Virus record (IMG/VR): IMGVR_UViG_3300031087_000513
DNA: 64,000 bases
From: an uncultured virus (IMG/VR IMGVR_UViG_3300031087_000513)
Lineage: Duplodnaviria; Heunggongvirae; Uroviricota; Caudoviricetes
Strand: one strand, 5' to 3'
A model generated the notes under the pieces. That model saw only the letters and a program-made list of their open reading frames with translations, did no database searches and was not told the origin of the DNA. Below are positions 9,363 through 18,886 of this stretch, piece by piece. Each line of letters opens with the position of its first letter. Within the stretch, counting starts at the first letter, position 1. The position numbers and the translations under genes are program-made.

Positions 9363-9746
9363 TTACTTCTTTTTGTTGTAGACAACAACAATTTTCTCTT
9401 CAGCAACAACTTCAAACACGTCGCCCTCGTCCCAGTTACTGCCATCCCAGGAGCCATACCACCCTGTCAGCTTGAACAGCTGGTTGCCAACATGGAACAC
9501 AACCCAGATGTCCTCTCCTCCACCTTCAAACCCAGGCTTAGAGTCAACAAGTGTCACTTCACCGAGTCCATCAAGCTCTACCTTGACCTCCTCATACTTC
9601 TGGGTCTGAGGATTGTATTCTTTTCCCTCTAGAAGTGCCTGAGCGAAAGTATCTCGCCAGCTGTTAGAGTTCTGTTCGTTGCTCTCGTGAACCTTCTCAT
9701 TGTAGGCTTCAATAGCTGACTGGACCTGTGCTGCTGTAACGCTCAT
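9363..9746 (-). CDS. acidic paralog family B
   Basis: GFEGGGEDIWVVFHVGNQLFKLTGWYGSWDGSNW. Confidence 0.85.
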   Translation of the reverse strand: MSVTAAQVQSAIEAYNEKVHESNEQNSNSWRDTFAQALLEGKEYNPQTQKYEEVKVELDGLGEVTLVDSKPGFEGGGEDIWVVFHVGNQLFKLTGWYGSWDGSNWDEGDVFEVVAEEKIVVVYNKKK

Positions 9747-9862
9747 GTGCGTCTCCTTCGTTGTTTGATATCATACTGATTATAGCATGAAAGCATTTTC
9801 TGGCGTACATTGAAAACCCCTGCTACGATAATCTTCATGTGTGAAAAAGTAAGGACCAGCTC

Positions 9863-10459
9863 ATGAAGTTACCGCATTACTCAAAGCCGAATAAGGCTCC
9901 TATGAACGTCGTAGGAATGCGTTTCTCCATCGTTACGTATTGGATGCTCGGAGCGATGCTCTGCGGGGTAGCTTCCATCATCGTTGGCAACATGGGATAC
10001 AAGATCAGTAGCACGAATCTTCTCTGGGTAGGCATGGCTATGATGATCCTGTTTACAGGTGAACTGTTCTCCCGTGCATCATTCTCCTCCGCTTTAAATG
10101 AGGAACCTGACAAAATCGTCATGTTTGCTTCGCAGTTCCTTGCAGCAGGTATTCTTATTGTTGCGGAAGTCACCAACCTGATTAACTTATTCGGCAGCGA
10201 TGCTCGCAAATCAGATGTCCCAGAGAACCTTCTCTGGTCAATGATTATGGCAGGAGCTCTTGTCGGAGTCATCGTTCCATTAGTGCGATACTATGATGAC
10301 TTGATGTTGGAAATTATGAAGAAACGCTACATCAATAGAGACATGCAGATCAAACAGGAGCATGATGCTTGGCTGGATGAAGTGTCAACGAAGTTTGACG
10401 AATGGGATCGTCAGTATGAAGCAGGAACGCTGCCTGAATCCTATGACGATTTGAAATAG
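9863..10459 (+). CDS. four-TM membrane protein
   Basis: Four hydrophobic segments; SD AAGGA. Confidence 0.8.
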   Translation: MKLPHYSKPNKAPMNVVGMRFSIVTYWMLGAMLCGVASIIVGNMGYKISSTNLLWVGMAMMILFTGELFSRASFSSALNEEPDKIVMFASQFLAAGILIVAEVTNLINLFGSDARKSDVPENLLWSMIMAGALVGVIVPLVRYYDDLMLEIMKKRYINRDMQIKQEHDAWLDEVSTKFDEWDRQYEAGTLPESYDDLK

Positions 10460-10463
10460 AAAA

Positions 10464-10832
10464 TCAGGCAGCGTCCAGCTGAGCTTTCAGTGCTGCAATC
10501 TCAGCATTTGCAGCATCAAGCTGTTGCTGTAAGTCACGCTCACGAGCCGAAGCAACTTTCGGCTCCAAAGCATGCAATGCGCGCTGAACGAGTTCCAGCA
10601 CACCGCTACCGTACTGGTGATGTAAGCGAGTGCCTGTCTCCCATTGCAACCAGGTCGGTTCAGCAGGGAACTCCATGCACATGCGCTCATTGTGGAAGAA
10701 CGGCTCCTTCTGCCCAACAACAGCCGAATACTCGTTCACGCTGTTCGGGTTCAGACCATTTTTGGACATGCGAGCGATGTAAACGCGCGAGACAAGCTCT
10801 TCGTTCACCTTCACATCAACATACACAGGCAT
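10464..10832 (-). CDS. hypothetical protein with C-terminal coiled coil
   Basis: SD AAGGAGG; heptad-like tail. Confidence 0.75.
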   Translation of the reverse strand: MPVYVDVKVNEELVSRVYIARMSKNGLNPNSVNEYSAVVGQKEPFFHNERMCMEFPAEPTWLQWETGTRLHHQYGSGVLELVQRALHALEPKVASARERDLQQQLDAANAEIAALKAQLDAA

Positions 10833-10951
10833 AGGGGCCTCCTTCTTCTCGCTAGTTAGCGTACACTATTACTGATAGGAATGCAACTGATTCTACGGCT
10901 ACCTGCACTCTTCAGGTATGATAAAATTGATGATCTTTGAGGGGAACGAAC

Positions 10952-11293
10952 ATGGCTGATAAAGCTGTTGCAGACATCGTTGCAGATGCGATTGATGATT
11001 ACATGGTGGGGATTTTTGACGCTGATGCGCAAGAGCTTGCATCACGGCTGAAACTGCATGTCTTAGAAGCTCTTGTAGCTGAGCAATCTGCTTCCGTTGT
11101 AGGAAATGCAGTAGTCGTTCCTGAAAGCGTAAGACTTGCATATATTCGCTTGGCGCAAACAGCCGTGAGTGTGGCAGGCCGAAAAGTTCAGCAGAAACCT
11201 GTTGATGAAGTTGGTCAAGCTGCTGCGATTGCAGATGCGAAAACAGTTTCTACCTGGTTCAGCTCGTTGCCCATCCAGGAAGGTCAAAACTAA
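10952..11293 (+). CDS. hypothetical protein
   Basis: SD GAGGGG; coupled to next ORF (TAATG). Confidence 0.7.
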   Translation: MADKAVADIVADAIDDYMVGIFDADAQELASRLKLHVLEALVAEQSASVVGNAVVVPESVRLAYIRLAQTAVSVAGRKVQQKPVDEVGQAAAIADAKTVSTWFSSLPIQEGQN

Positions 11294-11550
11294 TGCCAGA
11301 TGAGCTGAATGATGAAATCATCCAGGATGCGGTTGAGAGCCTCCGAATGTTCATGGGTGGTGGTTCTGTGCCTGAGCATCTGGTAGACCCTGTAACAGGC
11401 GCTCCGTGGAATTTTCATGCAGCATTAGGGTTAGCCCGTGAAGCAGCTCTCCGTGAGCAGAGTCATATTCTCATTTCCAGCAATGAAGCGAAACGAGTGT
11501 TTCTCACAGGAGAAGCGTACAGCATTCTACCGAAGACACCGTTTGATTAA
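11293..11550 (+). CDS. hypothetical protein
   Basis: Overlapping start/stop; followed by terminator. Confidence 0.7.
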   Translation: MPDELNDEIIQDAVESLRMFMGGGSVPEHLVDPVTGAPWNFHAALGLAREAALREQSHILISSNEAKRVFLTGEAYSILPKTPFD

Positions 11551-11597
11551 AATAGTTGAGGGCAGTAACCAGATTTCGGTTACTGCCCTCAACTATT
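11551..11597. terminator. bidirectional terminator
   Basis: AATAGTTGAGGGCAGTAACC/GGTTACTGCCCTCAACTATT. Confidence 0.85.
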
Positions 11598-11607
11598 GAT
11601 GAAGCCT

Positions 11608-11796
11608 TTACTTGGTGTAGCCCTTGACCATGAGCTGCATCTTACGGGTGAGATAGTCAGCCGCAATCTTCTTCTCGTTGAACCGTCGCTCCTTGCCATG
11701 GAAGTGCGCACGGCAGGTGTTCGTCTCAGATGCCTGGGCCTTTTCAAGCGCGGCAAGGGTTCCGACCTCAGCGAAGATGTTCACATGAGCAGCCAT
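11608..11796 (-). CDS. small basic hypothetical protein
   Basis: Own TTGCAT-type promoter and SD AAGGAG. Confidence 0.7.
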   Translation of the reverse strand: MAAHVNIFAEVGTLAALEKAQASETNTCRAHFHGKERRFNEKKIAADYLTRKMQLMVKGYTK

Positions 11797-11870
11797 TGTA
11801 TTTTCTCCTTATTTGATTGGCTTGCTGTTACGGGTTTAGCTTACACCTTATAGAAGGTGAATGCAAGTGA

Positions 11871-12536
11871 TTAGACGAAGAACTTCAACTTCTTGCGAAG
11901 CGACTTCTTGGCTACCTTCTTCTCCTGCTCTGCCTGAATCCGACGAAGGCGCTGGGCGCGAGTGGAACGCTCACGACGCTCCAAAACCTGCTTGCGGTGG
12001 AAGTCCAGAGTTCCGTCACTAAGAGCCGCGTTGTACAGGTAATCAAAGTCCTCGCCTCGGAAACCCGAAGCAATCAGCTCATCAAGCGTTCCCTCGTACT
12101 CCATGCGCTTGTCATACTCATCCCACACACCAGTACGGTTGTGAACCTGGTCAGCACGGTGAAGGTCACGAATGGCTCCACTGAACATCATCTGACGGTA
12201 GTGAACCATGCTGTGCACGACCTCATCAGGGCTGCTGATAGCACCACCCGAACCGTAGTCCTCATCAACACCAACCTGGTGGTCACGAAGCAGGTCAGGG
12301 TAGGAAGCACTGAAATACCAGTAGTTCCCTTCCATGTCGTAGTTTTCACCAAGGGTCCCGATGAAGTCCTTGACCTCGCGGCTCAGCTCAATGCTAGCCT
12401 GCACCAGTGCCTCCATAAGCGCACCAAGCGTCTCTCCGTATGCGGTCTTCGTCACATCGAAGATAGGGGTGTCGTAGTCATCATGGGAAGCCCCGCGGAC
12501 CTCAACAGTTCCCTTGTAAACGGTTACCTTCGGCAT
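11871..12536 (-). CDS. hypothetical protein with basic C-terminus
   Basis: SD AGGAGAG before ATG 12536. Confidence 0.8.
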   Translation of the reverse strand: MPKVTVYKGTVEVRGASHDDYDTPIFDVTKTAYGETLGALMEALVQASIELSREVKDFIGTLGENYDMEGNYWYFSASYPDLLRDHQVGVDEDYGSGGAISSPDEVVHSMVHYRQMMFSGAIRDLHRADQVHNRTGVWDEYDKRMEYEGTLDELIASGFRGEDFDYLYNAALSDGTLDFHRKQVLERRERSTRAQRLRRIQAEQEKKVAKKSLRKKLKFFV

Positions 12537-12737
12537 GGTTCTCTCCTGAATATGATGATGCTTGACGATTATTATTATCAGGCTAACACACCTTGCCTCT
12601 GACCGCAAGCAAGTAGACAAATCTGAATACCCTTAACTGGGGGCGTGTTTTCTCCTCGTTTACCAAGAAAATATAGTACTATTAGTATTATTCTTAGCAA
12701 CTCCCCCAAAAAGGCTAAAAATGGAAGGACAGGAACC

Positions 12738-13106
12738 GTGCATTCTAGTGTTACACTGGATGATTTCATTGATGGGATCATCTCAGGGATGACTCTGGAA
12801 CATCTGAAAGAGATTCCCCACGAAGGATTGGACCTTCGTTTAGTTGAAGCGTATGATCGTTTCATCCAGAGATATGGTGAACATGTTGATGTTCGTTTCC
12901 ATTTAGAGCTGAACCCTTTCACCCAAACTTGTCATTCTGGTCGTATTGCTTTTGAACGAGCTGCAATTGAACGAGCTGTTGTGAAACGAAACGGTAAAGA
13001 CTGGCAGAATGTACTTCTTCCTGAGGAAGCTGGCTATCTACTTGACCGGCTTCCAGGTAACAGGAAACATTGGAGTCAGCTTGGCCACCTTATCGCAGGA
13101 AAATAA
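12738..13106 (+). CDS. hypothetical protein
   Basis: GTG after AGGA SD; start uncertain. Confidence 0.65.
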   Translation: MHSSVTLDDFIDGIISGMTLEHLKEIPHEGLDLRLVEAYDRFIQRYGEHVDVRFHLELNPFTQTCHSGRIAFERAAIERAVVKRNGKDWQNVLLPEEAGYLLDRLPGNRKHWSQLGHLIAGK

Positions 13107-13123
13107 ATATTTATGAACCAAAA

Positions 13124-13160
13124 TTATGGCCTCTGCTACACTCTGTAGCAGAGGCCATAA
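13124..13160. terminator. perfect 17-bp hairpin (terminator, may overlap a -10 element)
   Basis: TTATGGCCTCTGCTACA-CTC-TGTAGCAGAGGCCATAA. Confidence 0.7.
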
Positions 13161-13302
13161 CAGTAGGCCCGCCTTGAAGTACAGCTCCTACGCAGCTGAG
13201 CTATTGAGAGTAAGGTTCATTGAATCCTGTTAGGACACATTAGTCATCTCATACCATTACAGTAGGTATGCGTAGGGTGCTTACGGAACATGGAATACGA
13301 CT

Positions 13303-13755
13303 ATGACGAAAGACAACGCTCAGAAGAAAGCCATCCGCGAACGGATGCAGCAGACAGGTGAAGTGTACTCAGTTGCCAGGCGAAAGCTGGAAGAGGCTGC
13401 TGTTGAAGTCTGGGAGTTAGGTGAGGATGGCGGGAAGTGGTTCATTCAAGGCACCACAGACTTGCAATTAGCGAAACAGCTCCTTCGTGAATGGATTGAT
13501 GAGACCTTAGCTGTTAGCGAATACCCAGGTAAGCCAGCTGCGCAAACAGAGTTGGATAAGAAAACTCTCGCCGAATACCATGCATACTTAGATGAGCAAG
13601 ATACGGTATTCCTTTCAGGAGATGATTGGTTCTGGCGACCAGTTTCAGAGGAAGACCCTGATTACGAAGCGTACATTGAAAAAGTCAGCAGAACTCCTGA
13701 ACTGTATACTGACCAGAAGCTCCACAAAGGTATCCTGGTGTATGGCAGCTGGTAG
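13303..13755 (+). CDS. protein with actinobacterial N-terminal K-IR-RM--TGE-Y--ARR helical motif
   Basis: MTKDNAQKKAIRERMQQTGEVYSVARRKL followed by an acidic domain. Confidence 0.75.
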   Translation: MTKDNAQKKAIRERMQQTGEVYSVARRKLEEAAVEVWELGEDGGKWFIQGTTDLQLAKQLLREWIDETLAVSEYPGKPAAQTELDKKTLAEYHAYLDEQDTVFLSGDDWFWRPVSEEDPDYEAYIEKVSRTPELYTDQKLHKGILVYGSW

Positions 13756-13813
13756 GACATAGAAATAGGGAAAGGCCCCACATCAACTCAGATGTGGGGC
13801 CTTTCCCTATTAG

Positions 13814-14506
13814 TCATGCTGCCTGGTACTGACGGCGTAGAGCCAGCTTCTCAGAAAACTTCGCCAGCTTTACCTTGTCATCTCCGACAAGGCGAAGAAC
13901 GCGGTCACGGTAATGGCGGTAGTGGCGCTCCGTGCCGACAACCTCAGAGGAGGAAGCAGGGTGGCCAATGTGGAAGTACTCACAGTGGTCGCAGGAGTAG
14001 ATGTGGAAGTCTTCCAAGTTCGGAGTGCGTTCCAGCAGGTAGGTGTGGGCAACCTGGAAACTCAGATGCGCACGCTTACGGTAGCAGGAGTAGAACTCCT
14101 CGGCCTCCTCCTCCGTCAGGATAACCCGCGGAGATGCAGGCTTTGTGGCCACAGGAGATGCTTTCTGGACAACGATGGAAACCTGAGGAGTTCCCAGCAC
14201 AAAACTGCGCAGCTGGTTGTCAAAAGCCAATGAGAGAACCTGAACAGTCTCAACATCGCTCTCACTCAGACCATGATTCGTCTTCCCGTAGCCCAGCATC
14301 TCCCGAAGGTTTCCCCAGACAGTGCGACGGTCCAGGATGTAAACAGCGTGCTGAACAGCGCCCTTCGGGTGGTTGTGGCACGTGAAGTTCCCGCTGGTTC
14401 GGATGACATTCGCGTCAAGCTTCCCCTCCGAGTACTTCTGGCAGGTGATTTCAGCCAGAAGCTGGACATGCTGCTTCAGCAGCTCAATCTTCTCATCAGC
14501 ATTCAT
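13814..14506 (-). CDS. protein with C-x2-K...Y-C-x2-C-x3-H zinc-binding motif
   Basis: FYSCYRKR...IYSCDHCEYFHIG; shared with 60181-61707. Confidence 0.75.
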   Translation of the reverse strand: MNADEKIELLKQHVQLLAEITCQKYSEGKLDANVIRTSGNFTCHNHPKGAVQHAVYILDRRTVWGNLREMLGYGKTNHGLSESDVETVQVLSLAFDNQLRSFVLGTPQVSIVVQKASPVATKPASPRVILTEEEAEEFYSCYRKRAHLSFQVAHTYLLERTPNLEDFHIYSCDHCEYFHIGHPASSSEVVGTERHYRHYRDRVLRLVGDDKVKLAKFSEKLALRRQYQAA

Positions 14507-14572
14507 TACTCTTCCTCTCGTAACGAAGGGTGATCCTTCTGAGATGGAGCCTACCAGAGGAGATGCGAAAAT

Positions 14573-15040
14573 TCAAGCCTGAGATGGGATAGGTACGCCA
14601 TACAGTTCAGCTGCTTCACGGAGCGCTGGGTTCTGCTCCCAGTTCTTGATGCGACACAGCGGGAAGATGTTGGTGCTGTACTTAGGGAAGATGAATGCGA
14701 TGTCAGGGACACCTTCCTCGCAAACTGATTTGTTCCCTACTGCAACTGTTTCCAGATGTGACTCCTCAACTGCATTGTTCAGGTCTGCTACTTGAGTTGA
14801 GGAGTACCCACGGGTTTCCTGCGTGTATGCTGGACCAACGCAATATGTTTGAGGTGAAGGAGTGTAGTCCTTTCCTCCTGACATGCAATATGAATGGTCC
14901 GCGACAAGGAACATCGTCGGAGATGACGATGCTGAGGTGACCATCATAACAATGACAGCTATCACTGTAGCTAAAATCAGTGATCCGAAGCGCAGGAGGA
15001 CGTTCCTCGGGGAAGGTCCATCAAGACGAGCAAAAGACAT
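14573..15040 (-). CDS. membrane-anchored/secreted Cys-containing protein
   Basis: N-terminal hydrophobic helix; four Cys. Confidence 0.7.
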   Translation of the reverse strand: MSFARLDGPSPRNVLLRFGSLILATVIAVIVMMVTSASSSPTMFLVADHSYCMSGGKDYTPSPQTYCVGPAYTQETRGYSSTQVADLNNAVEESHLETVAVGNKSVCEEGVPDIAFIFPKYSTNIFPLCRIKNWEQNPALREAAELYGVPIPSQA

Positions 15041-15118
15041 ACTTATCAGCATAAAGCAAAGGTCTCAATCAGGTAGGTTTTTCTTGTTTTGTGTATTCAT
15101 CCATGATAGAATCCGATC

Positions 15119-15475
15119 ATGGAATACAATGCTTATAACCGAGTAGCGCAGATGAAACAGGAATTCATTCAGGCTTGGCCTATGATCTACGATGACGATG
15201 ACCTGCTTATCGCTGCCACGAACCGGGTAGCGCTGGTTTTAGAAGTCTCTGGTGTTGAGCTGTACCCTGCGTTCCAGTTGGATGAGAATCGCAAACCGTA
15301 TCCTGTCATCAAAGAGCTCTTGAAGCGTGCTGATGTGAAACAGGTTGAAGATTGGTCTATTGCCTTATGGTTCGTGACTCCTTCTACCCAGGATATCTTC
15401 AAGCGCAAACCTCTTGACTTCATTCAGAATAGCGACCAGGTGCTGAAAGCGTTTGATAAGGAGCTGGCTTCATGA
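15119..15475 (+). CDS. Rv2175c/MbcA-ParS-like antitoxin C-terminal domain protein
   Basis: YPAFQL...P...W-IALWF-TP...P-D-I pattern; leaderless start. Confidence 0.55.
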   Translation: MEYNAYNRVAQMKQEFIQAWPMIYDDDDLLIAATNRVALVLEVSGVELYPAFQLDENRKPYPVIKELLKRADVKQVEDWSIALWFVTPSTQDIFKRKPLDFIQNSDQVLKAFDKELAS

Positions 15476-16326
15476 GTGGTAAAGAAGTTGTTGTAGTAGA
15501 CCCCGTTAAAGGAGTTCTTTGCGCGGACAAGTACGAGCCTTTTGTTGGAAAGATTGACACCACAGGCGCAGGCTGGATGACCGCTGGCGGTGTAGCTGCC
15601 GTTGGGTCTCCTATTGTGGGTGCTCTGATAGGAGCCTTCTTAGATATACCATTGCTTATGTTGTCCTCAGCAGCTTCATTTCCTTTCTTTTTTGCAACAG
15701 GAATGTATTTAGCTACCAGTTCAGAAGATTTGGGTGAGAATCGCTTACGAAAGAAGCATCGTAGATGGTTGACAACTCAGGGGTTTACAAAAGAGACTGC
15801 CAAATCAATTGATGGTATCAATAAGTGGGTATCAAATCCTTATCCTGTCACATTAGAAAAACTTGACGGTAAAAAGTACGTACTAAAAATGGTTTCAGTA
15901 GACGGTAAGAAAATCAGCTCCTATGAACCTGTTGAGAAGCCTAAGCCAAAACAGGTTCCAGTTGAGAAAAAATGGAGTTTCTTCCAGTCATTCACTGCCA
16001 CAGGACAGGAAATCACTGACAGCATCAAAGAGCAGGCAAAACATCTCCTCAGCTTCCCCCTCAGCGTCGAGGATAAGCATGCTGTTGAGCGCATCCTTGT
16101 TGACATGAACGAGCTGAATAAGCTCGGTGGAATGACTGAGGGTTCTGAGCCGAACAAGCTCTACATGCGCACATTGAAGACCTTACAGAAGGAAATCAAA
16201 ACACTAGCGAACGACGTGAATGCAAGCATGGTGAAGCAGTTGAAGATTCATGCTTCCTATGTTGAAGGGCGTAATCGTAATGAACTCGAACTCAACTTAC
16301 CTCAGAACCGAAAGGTGGCCTCATGA
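15472..16326 (+). CDS. two-TM protein with C-terminal helical domain (family C-like)
   Basis: C-terminus closely similar to next ORF (PLS-EDKHAVER...KQLKIHASY-E-RNR). Confidence 0.85.
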   Translation: MSGKEVVVVDPVKGVLCADKYEPFVGKIDTTGAGWMTAGGVAAVGSPIVGALIGAFLDIPLLMLSSAASFPFFFATGMYLATSSEDLGENRLRKKHRRWLTTQGFTKETAKSIDGINKWVSNPYPVTLEKLDGKKYVLKMVSVDGKKISSYEPVEKPKPKQVPVEKKWSFFQSFTATGQEITDSIKEQAKHLLSFPLSVEDKHAVERILVDMNELNKLGGMTEGSEPNKLYMRTLKTLQKEIKTLANDVNASMVKQLKIHASYVEGRNRNELELNLPQNRKVAS

Positions 16327-17174
16327 GTAATGTAGTGGCTATTCCTGTGCCAGAAGGCGTAGAAATGAGCGCGAAGCACCTTGCTAATTCACAAGAAATC
16401 AAACCAAGCTATGCTGGTACGATCAGTATGTTTATACTGGCTTTCTTTATTCCTGCCGTTCCAATCTCAGTATTGATTTGTTTTTTGGCAGGATTGTTTG
16501 CGCCTGCTTTTACTTTTTTGAATGCAGGAGGAGTTTTCGTAATCTTCGATATAATGTTTATTCCTGTTGCAGTTTCAATTGCAATTGAAACTGCTGAGAG
16601 TGCAATGATGATGGCAGAAGATAGCTTAGAAGCTAAAAGCAAGAAATGGCTATCCGAACAGGGACATCAGATGTCTTATGAAGCTGAAGAGGAACTAAAT
16701 CGTTACGGCAAAATTGTTATTCGTGATGCTGTGAGTGGTGCAAAAATTAAAATTGAGCAAGAAGAAACTTATCTAGGGAATCGGATGCTTTCTTATGCTG
16801 TATTGAAGAAACCTAAAGCGAAATCTGCTCTCTCCGAGCGTAAATCTATCCAATTGTTCCAGCCCTTTACCTCTTCTGCTGTGGAACTTATTGACAACAT
16901 CCAAAGACAGGGGAAACAGCTTCTTGCTTTACCCCTCAGTATTGAAGATAAGCATGCGGTTGAGCGAGTTCTCTCAGATGTGGAGGAGTCGAGTAAGCTG
17001 GGAAGCATGACTCAAGGTGTTGAACCAACTAAACTGCAAATGAGAACACTGAAAACGCTGAATAAGGAAATGAAAACCTTAGCACTGAACGTGAACAATA
17101 GTATGATGAAGCAGTTGAAGATTCACGCTTCTTACATTGAAGAGCGAAACCGTCAGAAAGCTACAATTTTGTAA
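16323..17174 (+). CDS. two-TM protein with C-terminal helical domain (family C-like)
   Basis: Paralog of 15472-16326; ATGA overlap. Confidence 0.85.
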   Translation: MSNVVAIPVPEGVEMSAKHLANSQEIKPSYAGTISMFILAFFIPAVPISVLICFLAGLFAPAFTFLNAGGVFVIFDIMFIPVAVSIAIETAESAMMMAEDSLEAKSKKWLSEQGHQMSYEAEEELNRYGKIVIRDAVSGAKIKIEQEETYLGNRMLSYAVLKKPKAKSALSERKSIQLFQPFTSSAVELIDNIQRQGKQLLALPLSIEDKHAVERVLSDVEESSKLGSMTQGVEPTKLQMRTLKTLNKEMKTLALNVNNSMMKQLKIHASYIEERNRQKATIL

Positions 17175-17222
17175 ACGATTGGCTCTCCACAGCTCTGTTA
17201 GCTGTGGAGAGCTTTATCATGT

Positions 17223-17441
17223 TCAGTTAGCGTAGGTGTAGTCCTGGTTCAGTTTCGCTCGCTGAGCGTCACTGGAACCCCTACGGTACCCCTTCTGGTA
17301 CGCGTCAGCGATGTTCTTCTCCGCAACAGTGAGCTTGACTTTCAGCTTCACGTTTTGGGCTGTCTGCTTATGGAGCTTGGAAGAGAGGATAATTACAATA
17401 ATGATAAGAGTCGCAACTGCGATGGACAATGCGATGAACAT
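17223..17441 (-). CDS. small single-TM coiled-coil protein
   Basis: Hydrophobic N-terminus; SD AAGGAG. Confidence 0.75.
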   Translation of the reverse strand: MFIALSIAVATLIIIVIILSSKLHKQTAQNVKLKVKLTVAEKNIADAYQKGYRRGSSDAQRAKLNQDYTYAN

Positions 17442-17569
17442 AGGTTTCTCCTTCCAAGGATGAATAAGTAGTGTCAGTCATATTACTGACAGGTGGATGT
17501 ATGGGATCAAAACTGTGGGGTGTTCTGGTATCTCAACCAGAACACCCCACAAGGTAGTGCGAGTAGGAC

Positions 17570-17707
17570 TCAGATACGGACAACACCGACCGAAGCCGAT
17601 GCGGCCGAAACCGTGGTATCAACAACCACGTGAGCCTCAGCAACCTGAGTCGACCCCGTGACGGCGAAAGCCGCGACAAGAGCCGTAACAACCAGAACGT
17701 TCTTCAT
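17570..17707 (-). CDS. small secreted peptide (45 aa)
   Basis: MKNVLVVTALVAAFAVTGSTQVAEA signal-like, SD AAGGAG, own promoter, terminator at about 17516-17551. Confidence 0.65.
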   Translation of the reverse strand: MKNVLVVTALVAAFAVTGSTQVAEAHVVVDTTVSAASASVGVVRI

Positions 17708-17924
17708 TATTCCCTCTCCTTGCTTAGATGATGGGCTTCTCTCTGCCCTGTGTCTCTCTGACAACTGCAACAGTACACCCCACGACTGACATTCGCAACA
17801 CCTTTTTTCGCTGTAACATGACTGTTACCAGACTTTCGAACAGTTTCGAACGAACTCACTGGCTCAAAACACAAGAGACCTGCTTCCACCTGGTAAGATA
17901 AGTACATACGTTTGAAAGGCTCCT

Positions 17925-18497
17925 ATGGAACTCCCCGACGCTAAGCGTCTCGCACTCTCTCTCATGAAGCAGTATCGTCTGCTGGATATGGGATGGAAGT
18001 TTGGTTTTGATCGTGCTGTCACTCGGTTAGGTCAGACCAACTACAGTAAGAAAGAAATCACAATCAGTACGTTGATGACAAAGACGGCAGATAGCGAATT
18101 GATTCGTCAAACGATTCTGCATGAAATTGCTCATGCGCTGCTTCCGCCAGAAGTAGGCCACAGAAAGAAGTGGAAAGAACTTGCCGCAGCTATTGGGTAC
18201 ACGGGCCAGCGTCTGAATACTGAAAACTGGCTTCCAGAAGAAGAAGTCAAAAAAATTGCCGCCCGCCGGAAGAAACGCCAAACAACAGCGAACCGGAAAA
18301 AACGACAGACAAGACAACGGCCAACCATTCGACATGAAGATTCAGGCGTGAAAGTTGGGGACACGTTGTTTCTTCCCGATAAAACTCTCGGCACCGTACG
18401 CAAAGCTGCTCGGAAATACTTCCATGTGTATGTAAAAGAGACCAACAGCATGTGGAAAGTTCCGTTTGAAACAGCCAAGTCATTCAAAGTAGAATGA
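17925..18497 (+). CDS. SprT-like zinc metalloprotease
   Basis: FDRA--RLG...I--S...ILHEIAHA...GH---WK. Confidence 0.9.
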   Translation: MELPDAKRLALSLMKQYRLLDMGWKFGFDRAVTRLGQTNYSKKEITISTLMTKTADSELIRQTILHEIAHALLPPEVGHRKKWKELAAAIGYTGQRLNTENWLPEEEVKKIAARRKKRQTTANRKKRQTRQRPTIRHEDSGVKVGDTLFLPDKTLGTVRKAARKYFHVYVKETNSMWKVPFETAKSFKVE

Positions 18498-18565
18498 CTT
18501 GTGGCAGAACTTCACATAGAGTATAATAAATACAGACAAACACATGAACAGAAGGAACAAAGACT

Positions 18566-18886
18566 ATGCCTAAGTTGAAAGTATACGGACACAGTGACGA
18601 TCTGATTGAGCTGGAAGGCATCACTGGCGCTGATGAGTTCTCTAAGCCCTCAGGAGCCTGGGTAGGGGTCATTGAAGCGCCGAACGGGGACACGGCCCTC
18701 CTCTACGTGGACTACCGTCAGAACGGCTGCTGGACCGCTTCCCTGGGTATCTACGAGGAAGGCTATAAGCTTCCCGAATGGCCTGTCACAGTTGGAACTG
18801 ATGCTGCCTACGCAAACCAGTACTCCACGGTAACAACCCTCACAGTTCCAGAAGGAACCACTGTACGTGAGTACACTGATGAGTGA
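18566..18886 (+). CDS. phage-type hypothetical protein (YG-SDDLIE motif)
   Basis: VYGHSDDLIELEG N-terminus; SD AAGGA. Confidence 0.75.
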   Translation: MPKLKVYGHSDDLIELEGITGADEFSKPSGAWVGVIEAPNGDTALLYVDYRQNGCWTASLGIYEEGYKLPEWPVTVGTDAAYANQYSTVTTLTVPEGTTVREYTDE

